Below the pieces are notes generated by a model, which was not told where the DNA came from, did not search any database, and worked only from the letters and a program-made list of their open reading frames with translations. Of a DNA stretch of 64,000 nt, positions 1-12,514 are shown in pieces. Both the position numbers and the translations under genes were made by a program. The DNA is from Epiperipatus broadwayi (lineage: Eukaryota > Animalia > Onychophora), in assembly GCA_028023455.1 (NCBI GenBank), contig JAQFVV010000004.1, positions 23,002,001 to 23,066,000 of the forward strand. The letters run 5' to 3'. Position 1 is the stretch's first letter. Each line of letters starts with the position of its first letter.

Positions 1-1400
1 CTGATGAATGAACACTTAAATGAAATAAATGCATTGAGAATTTTTATATTGTTTACATATTAAATAAATTAAAAAATTAAAATTACACTCAAGTATTTCT
101 TTTAAAGATTTAATCCTTTATGTATTAACAATATATCATTTGACTAATAAATAAAAAGTTGTGATTAGCCAAAATTTCAGAAGAAAATGATTTAAATTAC
201 TGACAAGTAAAATTTTTTTTTAATAATAGTTGACAGAATCTTTAGCTATTAAAATAGGTATTCTTTTGCAGCATTGGATGCAAAACTATTTATTACTAAG
301 AAAAATATTTAACTTCTTATTCAAGCAAAAAAAAAAAAAAATATTCAACATGTTTCTACTGCAAGGCTATTGATATTAACACATTGTGTTTAGATCTATA
401 ATAACCACCAGCTGTACAAAAAATTTAAAGAATGTTTAAATTGATATGTTTAAGTGAATTTATTTAACATGGAGAGAAGTCATTTTATAACAAAATTAAG
501 GTGAATTAGTGTTTAATTACCGTGGATGCAATATTACAAGAGATTTTTTTTTTTATATTCAAATCAATTATTGGATGACATTTTAAAAATAATCAAAACA
601 ATATTTCAATAGTACATTTAATGAAATAAATTGATATGCAGATCAAGCATTTCAGAAGAAAATATGGCTCAAAATTGAGATTAACTGAAAGTATAAAATA
701 CTATAATGAATTCTAAAGACATTATATGAAAAAAATAAAATAAAATATTACATTATTAATTTTATTTAATACATTGATTATAAAAACAAAATAATTGGTA
801 ATTTAAAATTATATTTGTGATTCCCAGTACACTATTGGATAGTACAGATTTAATCCTTTAAGATTTAGTAAAATTGCAACATTGAATTTAAAAGTAAAAA
901 GTGTAAATAACCAAAATTTCATATATATATATTTCTAGTTCACAAAATGATTGATAATTGTTTGTGCACTAAGTAAAGAATTATTAAGGGCTATAGTTAT
1001 ATTTGTAGAAAAGAACTGTAAATATTATCATAGAAATAGTTGCACTTAATGTTTTATACCATTACTTAGTATTATTATATTACTACTGACATGCTGTTAT
1101 TATCATTTAATAAATTAACTATTATTGTTGACTATTTTAAAACTAATTTTTCTCATTTAAATTCAGTGAAAAATGCAAAGCATGCAGAATTTCAATTTCT
1201 AACACAAAGTTAGAAATATAAATTCTATGTGCATAGCAGAATACTGGTAAATTTAGTAATTTATACTTAAATTTTTTTTTCTTGTATTATCAGCTAAAAC
1301 TCCTGAAATGTTTATTATTATTATTATTATAATATATATATATAAGTAATTATAATATAATAAGTATATTAAAAGTGTAATAAGATTATATATAAAATAC

Positions 1401-1436
1401 CTTGGGAACAACTTGAGGTCTGATGCAGGAGGAGCC
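1401..1436 (-). CDS. RBM39: 36-nt exon (R)APPASDLKLFP(R/S), probable continuation of the same gene
   Basis: Isolated GC-rich island in very AT-rich DNA: catttatatatatatatag|GGCTCCTCC...TTCCCAAG|gtattt; phase 2-2 and open in the frame set by the upstream exons. Confidence 0.55.
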
Positions 1437-1679
1437 CTATATATATATATAAATGAAAATCAAGTACTAATAATCATACAGTATTAAAATGTAAATAAAA
1501 TTAAAATAAACTTTTTAAAAATATTGTACATAAACTCTCAAATCTAATATCTTAAATTGTAACTATATTTATTGCTTCTTTATACTTAAAACTATTGTTA
1601 TCAAACAAAATCTATATTAGTAAATATTTTTATCAAATTATTATATAATATTTTAAAATATTTCTAAACAAAAAATTCT

Positions 1680-2160
1680 CAATTGCCAATGAACTAGTTT
1701 TGGTCAAAGACTTCTTCCCTTCAATTTTCCTGTAATATTATCATCCAAAATATAGCAATAAACTAAACTATTTTACTCTGCCATTTATTTTTTATTTTTT
1801 TGAAAAGTCTTCTTGGGAATTTGAGAACCATACTCATTGATCTATAGCATTTTTCCAAATAGTCAGTTTACTTCTACTTCAATTATTTACACAACAATAG
1901 TTATTTTAATCCCTGGCTCCTTAGCTTAGTAAAGAGCTTTTAAGTGCATCTGCTTTAAAACAAGCTTCTCTCTGTAATTATCTAGTATACTTAAACTTAT
2001 CTGGTTGTCACCATATTAGAGTTGAATTTTTTTCTTCAGGTTCATGATAAAATTTTTCTCATTTGCATAAAATAGTTTCTTAACAATTATATAACAAATA
2101 ATCATTAAGTCTGTTTTATGGCTATGACTTTTTATGAAAAATACATCAATGTTACTGCGT
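1680..2160 (-). mobile_element. decayed RTE-type LINE 3' fragment
   Basis: The minus-strand translation near 1700-1730 includes GKIEGKKS, resembling the RTE C-terminal EGKIEGKR..GRP motif; heavily degenerate. Confidence 0.4.
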
Positions 2161-2677
2161 TTATTTGATTAATATTTAAATTAAAACACTTTAAATATTC
2201 TATCAATAGACTTTTAAAGATATTTGTTATTTCATCATACGTTACAAAAACCCATTTTATTTTGACAAGTCTTTTTATGAAAAAAAAAAAAATTTAAATG
2301 AAATGTTCATTTATAAATAGTTCTATATATTTATAAATAATAAACAAATTTTATTTTATTTTTTAAAAAAGCTAATTTTCTTTAAAAATATGACATCGCG
2401 CATTATTTCAATATCAGTTTTATTTATTTTTTTAAAAAAATTATTAAAAATTTATTTTCAATTTTCTAGTTAGATTTATTCATTCATAAGCAACTTTTTT
2501 TTTTACAAGATATTCATACCAAAAAAAATTAAGAGTATTATAAAGAGTGATATAATAAAAATATATAATGAGTTATATATAAATATATTTAAAAGAAAAA
2601 AAAAATTAACACTATGCTTATTTTTCAAAGATCTAGTATATGTAATATACATTCAATTTAAAGATTTACTTATACAT

Positions 2678-5600
2678 TGTAACTTTTGGTCAAGGCTAGC
2701 TGAATTTGTGGCAGATGCAGTTTTCAATAAAGAAAAAAAAACGTTTCTCACAAAAGAAATCTAGTAAATTAAAGAATTCGCAAATAACAGTAGTTTAGAC
2801 TAATCAGAGGGATCAGAAAGCTTATGGTAGACATATAATGTATAAAGGAATCGTGGCTGTAGAGTATTTAAAGAAAAATTAATGTATAAGTTGGCTTTAA
2901 ATGTGTAATGGCAATTTAACATCTGACACAATAAAGTTAAATATGCCTTAATTGTTGAGATTGAGTGTAGTACTGGAAAAGTAGAGGGGGGTTAAGTGTT
3001 AAGATCGACAAGTAATATTTATTTGGTAAAATAATGTAGATAATTAAAAGAGATTGATGTCAGTTTATATCACAAATTTTAGCTTGCTAATAGTCGTATA
3101 CTATTCAGTAGTCAATTTATATGATTAAATCTGTAAAATTTAATATTGTTTAATAGGTTTAATGCTAGCTGTAATTCCCATAGTTAGTGTGTGAATAAGT
3201 GTGCATGGTGGTATAAAGGAAATTTTATTTATTGGGATAATTATAAATTTTCTCGTCTCATGTAAGGTGTCATTTGAAAGCAAATTGAAAGAACTATAAT
3301 TTCATATTGATTTCAAATAAATATCTGATATTATTCAGTCATAAATTTTAAGTGAAATTAAACCAATTATTCTAAATTATAAATATCCATTTCAATTTGT
3401 TACAATGGTATCTTGATTTTTTTTCATACAATTTAAAACCAGGAAATTATCAAGTAAACTACGTGATCATTTAGTAGTGAGAATAATTAATATCAAAATT
3501 GGGTGTAATAACCAATCAAAATTTAATACCAAGGGTGAATTGTCAAGGAATTGGGTTTGAGATGAGTGACAACCGAAGATTATAAAAGGGCCACACAATT
3601 TGAAAGGGGCTCTTCTTCTGTGGGTTCTGTTGTTCTATTATTACTTTGTTCCGGTGGGGTTTTGTATTCTTCGGCGTGTTTCCAGCTTCTGACCTAATAT
3701 TTTGTTAAAATTGGTAGTGAAAGTAAAATTGTATTAAGTTTTATAAGCATGTTGACGTAAATCTCTAAATCAGGTATGCATTTCATTCCTGAAATTAATC
3801 ATGAATCAGATCCCAAGAATGGCAATTTTCTGTACGATTGGTGGTGCATCTAAAACGGACTCTCCAATCTGAAGTATCACAGGTATTATATTTCTTCGAT
3901 ATTTATTTTGTTAGAATAGTTTTGTTACATAAAATATTGGAATGACTTTAACGCGCATATTCTAGAGGTTTACAGCCTTAGTAAATATTACTTAAGAAAG
4001 CAAAGGAAAAGACTTAAATGCAAACATTAGCTATAATTTTGTACTTTTATTAAAATATTTCAGAGTGTAGACCAAGCTTTCCACATTTACATTTTCTATC
4101 ATGAAAGAAAAACTGTTTCTTGTATGAGAAAATTTTTTAAATATATCTGAATAACTGTTATTTAAATGGGAAAAGAAAATTGAATAAGTGAAAGTCGTAA
4201 ATGAAATCATAAAATTTATTGTAGTAATAAATGCTGAACTGGATATCTAAAATGAAATTGCTAAACTTACAATACCATAGAATGATGAGTTCCTTGGAGT
4301 GCTGTTAAACTTATGAATAATTTTGATAATCAACTTTAGATTAAGTGATTTTTGTTTTTAAATTGAATGTTTCACAAAGAAAATATATGCAAACTACTGA
4401 GGATCCTAAGGAATAGTGCAGTTGCTTCGTAAAAACATTCTAGATTTTAAAATGCTACCAAACAAGTGGTGCAATTTTGGATAATCTTGAATCAAGGAAT
4501 TATTGTCATTGGTGCATTTTCGTGCTTAGATACTGTCGTGTGTATGCGTCTGTAATATGTGTGGATTAACTTTTAGTGATCATAAAAAGGATGATGATTG
4601 TGCTAAATTGTCGCAGTGAATGGAAAGATTGTAAATTATGGACTGTGCTAAAGACTTTTAAGTATAACTTTTCTCTTTATTTTACTATTGATTTATTAGG
4701 TGTATTGAAAGCTTATTTTATTTTAGTGTTTATTATTTAAAATATATTACTGAATATACCCAGTATTAAATTTAGATTATAGTAAGTAAAATATGCCTTC
4801 TTCATTGTATATCGTTATAATTTAATTTCGATGCTACAAGAGGTTCACGGATATACAAATTTTTTTTTTAAATGCTTACAAGTACATATAGATATTATTT
4901 ATACTTATTTTATTGCTTATGTAGTTTTAAGATTTTGATATTGCCATGTCCTGGTTGATGAGAGATTTAAATATAATTGTTATATGTTGAAAAGTGATGC
5001 ACATTTCTTATTTCGTAATTATCGGTTTTATACATCAATATAGTATTTTTTAAGAATTCAAACCCTGTTCTCTCAAGATTGAGCGATGTTTATGAATGAC
5101 CATGTTTGTTCAAGGTCTGATAAGTTATTGCTGCCTTATGGGTTGAAGTCGAACGTAGCTCTCTCATGATTATAAGTATTAAGTATTTTAATAATGTAGT
5201 AGGAGATCGAGGGTGTATTTCCAGCTCCAAAGTCAATATACTCCATAAGAGATATATTCCAGGTTATAGTTGTCGTAGTGATTGGTGCATACCCATATTT
5301 ATATGGGTAGCGACCGAGTCTTAACATATCTTATAGCCCTCATAGTAGGAGAGCTGTGGGTTCATGCCATCACAGATGTGTTGCTTTGTAGTTTTATTTT
5401 CCTTACAGATACATGTTTGTATCCATATCTTTGTGTAAGAATTTGTTAATTTAATGGTTGGTCATTATGTAATTCCTATTGAAGTGTATTACCTACTTTT
5501 CAGGACACTTTTAATTTAAATGTGAATTGAGAATTGAAGAATAATGCCTTGGCTGAGCTTTACTCACCATCATTTATAAGACCGATAAGCATTCAAAATT

Positions 5601-7494
5601 TAAAGTTAATGTTGAAAATCTAAATAAGCAGTGTGCATCATAACCAGCTTGTAATGGATGCAAGTCACTGCTGGAGTGGTAAGATTAATGGTTTATTACT
5701 CATGTTGGGACATAGCAAGCATTAAGTGTATGTAAGTGTGTTAGGGTGACCTCTAAAATATTTAGTTAGTTTAGAGTTAGAAAGTCGAGGTATTAAACGA
5801 AGAGACAAACTACAATTTAAAGGAGAAACTAAAGTTGTACATTTAAACCTGAGTAGTTAGATCAGTGTGACTGTTAAAAAATTAATGAAACTATGATATT
5901 TGGTTTGTAAAGTCAGTAGCATCAAGAGGCATATATTTCTTTCGATAAGCAAAATTAATTTAAAAAATTTGATTTTACAGGCTGTTATATTGAATCCCAT
6001 AAATGCTAAACCAAAAAAAAAATATATAACTGGTTGAGATATATATACATATATTATTTATTTTATTTTAAGTCCATGTAAAGCTATGGTTGGTAGAGGC
6101 ATGCCATGTAGAAATGTCTTATTAAGTACAAAAGAGAGATCATGTTCTCCATAGCGATTATAAATCCACTGTAAATATTTTGTTTGTTAATCGGATTGCA
6201 TGATGCTATGTTAAATTGAAATTTTGTAGTTTATAACTTGAGTTATTAATAAATGTTATGTGTTAATTAAATTTTGGTGTTGTGTTTTAATAATTTGGTA
6301 TCCACGAAATCCAGAAGTCTTAATCATATGCAATTTTAGATGTTTTAATGCTTATTCTGGTACAGACACATTGCAAAAGTTTGCTTATTAAATTGATATT
6401 TTCTCCTGAAATCCGAAATTTGCTTTAAAAATCAGTCAAACCTTGCTTTACAAATTATTATGGTTACACTGCAAACATTTGGAAGATTTATCTTTAAATT
6501 AATTATTATTTTCATAAATTTATTATGGTGTGACTGATATCTTGAGCCCTTTTCCAACTCATGGTATTTGAATACGCTCCCAGTCGATAGTAATCTAGTT
6601 AAAAATTTAAAGCTGGTAGAATATTCTATTTTAATTAACTGTTTAGTAATTTATAATATTTTATTATTATTATTGGTTGATGAACAGTAGATATTAGTCA
6701 GAGATCAAACGTATATCTACTTAAGTTATATTGCTGGGATAACATTCATTGGTCTACAATAAATTCGTAAATCATTAATAAAAAATTTGCATTCCTGATT
6801 TGAACCCCGAGACTATAATTTTCCAATTTTGAATTAAGAACTCATGAACTTATTGTTATAGAATTAATATGATATTATGAATTAATTAAATCAATAAGAC
6901 TGTTTATTCCATACATATCTAATCATGAAAATATAACAGTGTGGGGAAGTTAAAGATAGTAGAGTTTAATGGAAGGGGAGAGTTTAGAGAAGTTATTATC
7001 GAAAATAAGTTAATTGTAACTACGGTGCTGGTCATTTATGTGGGGAATACCAAGGTCAATAAAGTGTTATGAGTATGAGTCGAGGTTTCTCCTCCTCTCT
7101 TAGCTTATTGGTAATATTAGTATAATTCTCGGTGCTCGCGACATGAGTTACCAAAGCAATTATAGAACCCTAGGCATGAGTGATAGGGAATTGGTATTTT
7201 AGTTGCTCTATGTGAGACATAAAACATCTGTGTTTAATTCGTGTGACTGTTATTTATAAGAACATGATTGCCAAGTCAGTCCATTCCCTTTTGCGAGTTA
7301 CGATTTGGCTGGCTTGATTTAAGAAACCATTTAATTTAACAAGAGAATTAAATCTAGACATTTTACAAGTTAATAAATTGCTTCCCTTATAAATTCATAA
7401 TTTGTAAATCTATGACTCCATCGAATCGGTACAGCAGCTTACAATTTGGCGCTCTGTTATATCTATCTCTTCCCTCTCTGTTTCCGCGGTTACA
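2678..7494 (-). mobile_element. 4.8-kb unclassified insertion with LTR/integrase-type ends and decayed coding-like interior
   Basis: ACAT(2674-2677)|TGTAAC...GTTACA|ACAT(7495-7498). The interior has strong strand skew (minus strand A/C-rich) and stop-riddled reading frames starting at an ATG at 7361. No RT, integrase or transposase motif recognised. Confidence 0.6.
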
Positions 7495-9299
7495 ACATAA
7501 AAAGCATTTTTTGACAAAATAACTTTTATTAAAAAGCTTCATTACCATCTTGCTATATCTTAGCTCTATAATCCCTGAGTAAGAATAATAAATTATTTTA
7601 GGAATTAATTTTCTTTACAACAAAAAGGAAATAAAACCCGCAGTGGCTCAATTTCTACATGCACTTTAATACAAGTTACAATTTATACAAGAAATACGAG
7701 TTCACACTTTTCTCAATTACATAAATCCCGATCCATTGCTTTGGAATATAAATCCCTTTCAGTTAATACATACTCAATAGTTAAATAACAAATAGAAGGC
7801 AATGCACTATCATTGCCATGATTAAAAGGCTTTTAATTCTGCAGGCCCTTAAGGCATTTTAAAATCATAATAAGATTGAGGTGATCTATTTTAACTCTAG
7901 TTGGCTTTGGTACTTTCAGGAGCAGAGATTTTGGGTAATAAAATGTCCCCTGCTGGTTTCTTCCACTGCTTCTTTCCGATGGGAATTCCAATTGACCAGA
8001 ATGACTAAGAGGGAAGAAAAAGCACCCCCTGTTCCAGTCTTTTCATACTTTTTTGTTTTTTGGAGTAATAATATAATTCACAAGGCTCCAGATGGAGAGT
8101 TTTATCAGTTCAATCTTTAATATAACTTCAATTAGTAGTTAGCTGATATTAATTGAATTTTCTCCATTATCTGATTTTTCTTTTTCCTTTCCATAATTAG
8201 TTCCTATTACAATATTTTGATTAAATATGTTATTTAATTAATATTCAATTTTCTCTATTACTTTATTTCTTTTTAATATTATTTTTATTTTTTCACATAC
8301 TTTTAAAATACACACATTTAAGATCTCAATTTTTTTTTTAAAAAACTAGCTATGAGAAGGTACTATTTACAAACATTAGTTACAATTGTTGTAAAGCACT
8401 ATCTTATATAGGTTTGTAATGCAAAAAAAAAACTTTAAATTTTATTTATTTATTTTTTTCTAAACTAAGTAAAAGAAGTATTAGATTTTACGAAATATCT
8501 ATTAGAATATTAAACTTTTCTATCTTTTGATTATCATCTAATCATATTAATTGAAACTTCTAAATTCATCACTGCTTGGCTAAAAATGAATTAATCTGTC
8601 ATTTTTTAATAATGATTTTTCTGTGGTTTATTATTTTTTTTAAACTATTGCTGCTGTCAAACACAAATACAAGAGATTTTTAGATTCTGATAAATATAAG
8701 TGGTAATTCAACATATGGATCAACTAATTTTATTTAGACCTAAATCATACTAAACTCAATTGTTAATATAAACAGCTACATCTTCAATTAATCTTTTAAG
8801 ATGTCCCAGAATAAAATAAACATAACTGTTGTCATACATAAAAAAATTACGATAGTCATTATTCTGTACAAAAAAAAAATCATTTGATTAGAACATGCAC
8901 TATAAAAAAAAGTACTCCATTTGCATTATCAATACTCTGTTCAATTCGTATATATATTTTAACTTAAAAAAGAGAAATAAAAAATAATAAGAAGAAATTT
9001 AAAAAAAATACAAAACATAAACTGGAAACATTATTGATTTAGATAATCTTACTTATTGATTTAAGTAATCTTGAAATTTTAGTTAAAAATAAAATTCATT
9101 CTTTATATCTACTTGTTAAAAACAAATAGCTATAAAGAATTTATTTTCCAAAAAATGTTTCAGTCACAAAAATGTGTTAATGAGATGTCTCCTCATGAAT
9201 ATAATAAATTCATCTTATTAAGTTCTAATTCAATTCACAATTAAGCAGCAACTACATAAGTGCCAGTTTATAAACACAAACTATTAGATTTAGAGTAAT

Positions 9300-9650
9300 A
9301 AATCCTAAATGTCTTTTTGCGAGAGAAGTACGTTAGGAGTAACAAGAAAGGATTCAAAACAAAATACTTAGGTGAGAAAACAAATAAATATTACTGACAT
9401 CATTGAAAAAATTATAATACTGCAGTGGAGATGGGCTGGACATATTGCAAGAAGAGATGATAATTCAAATCTTAAAACTGGATTCCAAAAAACTGTCAAG
9501 ACCTAGAATAAGACCACATGTGAAACAGATGGATGAAATAACAAACTTTACCGTGTGATGTGGAGAAAAGTGTCTAGAAATCAGAGAAACTGGATTAAAC
9601 TTGGACAGAACTTTATTCTTTAGCAGATGGATTGATAATGATTAAAAATG
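9300..9650 (+). mobile_element. RTE LINE 3' end fragment
   Basis: Translates ERSTLGVTRKD...ITDIIEKIIILQWRWAGHIARRDDN, containing the RTE WRWAGH motif; ends in a tgataatgatt-type tail. Confidence 0.8.
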
Positions 9651-9849
9651 ATGGACTGAAAATATTACTATGAAGATTTTAGGCAATTACCAACTATGAC
9701 TTTTCCACAATCAAATTTATGCGCAAATTGGGGGGGAAAAAAATCAGAAACCTTTATTCCTGTGATATATTTTTAAGTAAATTAATTTCTTCTAATTTGT
9801 TATTATCAATATTTATTTTCTTCTTATGAGAAAATCCATTGAAAATCAG

Positions 9850-11460
9850 TTTACTCTTTTTAGCATTTATCTTTAATCTCACTTTCATTTGGATAATTCT
9901 TGAAGCATTTTCTAAAGCCCTGAACTATTATTTGCAAAAACAATTATATATCATTCACAAAATCTAAAAAAGTTAAATAATCTCCACTCCATTTTAATCC
10001 ATAAAACATTTTTTGTAAAACTGCTGTAAAAAGTTTGGAAATATATGGAATCATTCTGGTATATATCCATCTGCATGTATTCAAATCATTGCTGATGTAT
10101 TTTAATAAATATTTCTTAGAACATGACATTATCCAAATCATCATAGAAATGCTTATAACAAGCAATTACATTTTCATAATCTACAACAATTTCTCTCGAG
10201 ATGTAGTCTACTTTGATAGAATAACTTTTAAATCCAATTTATTTTTTTACTTGGTTTGAATCCAAACTTTGCTGTTAGTTAGTTGTAACTGTTGTTGTAA
10301 AGATTCTCATTACCTGTTATATCTTTATCATTTAGACATTTGATATATAGCTTTGTCAATAATGTTTCTACTTCTTTACATGTTTATTTTAAAATAATAA
10401 TAATTCTATCATTTCCTGGAGCTTTTCCCTTATTCATGGATTTAATTGCACATCTCCCTTATTTATTTAAAATGCCTGGTTTCCATATATCTCATGATAT
10501 CAGCTTTTTAATAACAGTTCCATCGTTTCTTCTTATTGCTGAAACCTTCATTCCAATAACAAGAAGTTGTTCTTAACAATTTTGAGATTTTTATTCTCTT
10601 CTATATCTTTTCATGCAAATTTACAATTATATTTACTTATATCATTATTCTAGATATTTAATTCTTCTTAATACATCATTTAAACAATTTTCATATTCCT
10701 TCTTTTCTTCACATATAGACATCTCAGTAGAAAACATAATGATAAATTCCTACTTTTGTGTATCAGTGATTTTATCTTGCAGTTCTTAATTAACTTTTTA
10801 TTGATTTCAGTCAAATCTGAATCAACTTCAGTATCTGTTAATATTTTAAAACAATTTGCAAGTTCTAATTTAAATTTATTGGAATTTTTCTGAAAGCTAC
10901 AAATATTTGTTAATACTGTTTTTCTTTATAATTTTCATCTCTCTAGTTTTGCATTAACATGTAACTTATATTTTACTAATTCAAGTGTTAAATCTATGAA
11001 AAATATTACAATCTTGAAATACATATTTTCCGTTAGACAAAATATAATCCAATTCTGCTGAACCTTAATTTGTAATTTCCATTTTTACTGACATTGAGCA
11101 TTTTTCTCAAAGAAAAAATTCATAATACACAAATTGTGTCTTTTATTACTTCTAATCCTATAGCCAAATTTATCCACATTACTTTCATTTTTCAATAATT
11201 TACCAATTCTAGCAGTAAAATCTCCCATGATAATTTTAAAATGTTTGGTCTGATCAAAAGCATTTTATATATCTATAAAACAATCCACTACTTTTTCAAC
11301 ACAATGAGAAATTATTGAGGCATTAACCAGAATTACCTGCATTTGATATCTTCCATTAATTTGATTAACTAAACTTACCATTTTGTCTGATATAGAATAA
11401 CCTGGGAATAAGAGCCACAATTTAGTTTTGTCTACCATGACTGTAAATATCTATTTAAAA
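9850..11460 (-). mobile_element. decayed RTE LINE endonuclease to RT-start fragment
   Basis: Minus strand gives YSISDKMVSLVNQINGRYQMQVILVNA...DQTKHFKIIMGDFTARIGK, the APE endonuclease MGDFNAKIG motif; multiple stops. Confidence 0.75.
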
Positions 11461-12514
11461 AAAAAACATTCACACACACAATCTTCCTGCATTTAAGAAA
11501 GTTCAACTGACATTTCAGTTAACAACTATTAGACAACTGAGAAGAAAAATCATATTTCTTGATCTTAAATTGAGAGGTAAAAATCCAATAAATTCAGCAT
11601 TCTGGCTGATGCATGCTGATGAGCAGCCTATCCATATTTGTTTACTATATGAATAATTATATAGTAATAACAAATGCTACGATAAGAATATATGGAGTTG
11701 ACATCTTTTAAGATCTCAAAAAGGAATCAGATGGTCTTTCAGTTTATAGCAAATTACTTTCTGCAACCATATATATAGTGTATGTTAAAATGTACTGTAC
11801 ATCAAAAATATAGTAAACAATATGTACTGCATTGTAATAAAAGCTTATAAATCAAACTTGAATCATTATCCATGAAATATGATGAATGTAAAGTAAGTTT
11901 GTAACAAAATATAATGAATATTTCAGCTTAACTATATAAATGATAACATTAAAACTTTATTTGCACTATAAATTATTCAGTTGATATTAATATAAATTTC
12001 TGGATTTAAAAAGTTGATGGTGATTTTCATATGAACATTTACAAAAGTTTTCAAAATAAATATTTCTCTTATAAAGTATATTATGTATTTCTAATATCTG
12101 AAGCAAAATATATATATGCTGCGAGATGTCAAATATAATAAGCAATATATTTTAGATATAATTTTTCTTTAATTAATATAGCACAATAATATAGTGCAGT
12201 AATATTTTTTAAATTTCTTCAGTATATTTTTTATTATTATTGAGAGATCAATCTATATATAAAACAATTAAAACAAAAAAATATATTTTATTTTCATAAG
12301 TTTCTTCACTAATTTTGAATAAACATATAACTTTTTACAATTCATTTCATCATTATCAAAATGTTTCTTAAAAAACTTATTAATCTTTCACATCAACTTT
12401 TATTTTTATTAAAAATATTTAACAATTTTTTCCTATCTTAAATTTCTGGGCAAACACACCACCACCTAATTATAAGCATTTAAATAAATTACACGACATA
12501 ATGTAAAATATCTT

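Noticed and set aside
7500-8203. Alternative last exon with AATAAA at 7530-7525 giving an RS-only protein
   Set aside because: The acceptor at 8204 has a purine-rich upstream region, and 7900-8100 reads like a decayed LINE endonuclease (VILVNWNSHRK...TSRG, similar to GDFNSHH).
11379-11450. 72-nt or 62-nt minus-strand 'poison exon' with GTAAGT donor
   Set aside because: It lies inside the RTE endonuclease relic (YSISDKMVSLV... continues through the donor in the LINE frame); LINE origin explains the GC content. Exonisation is not excluded.
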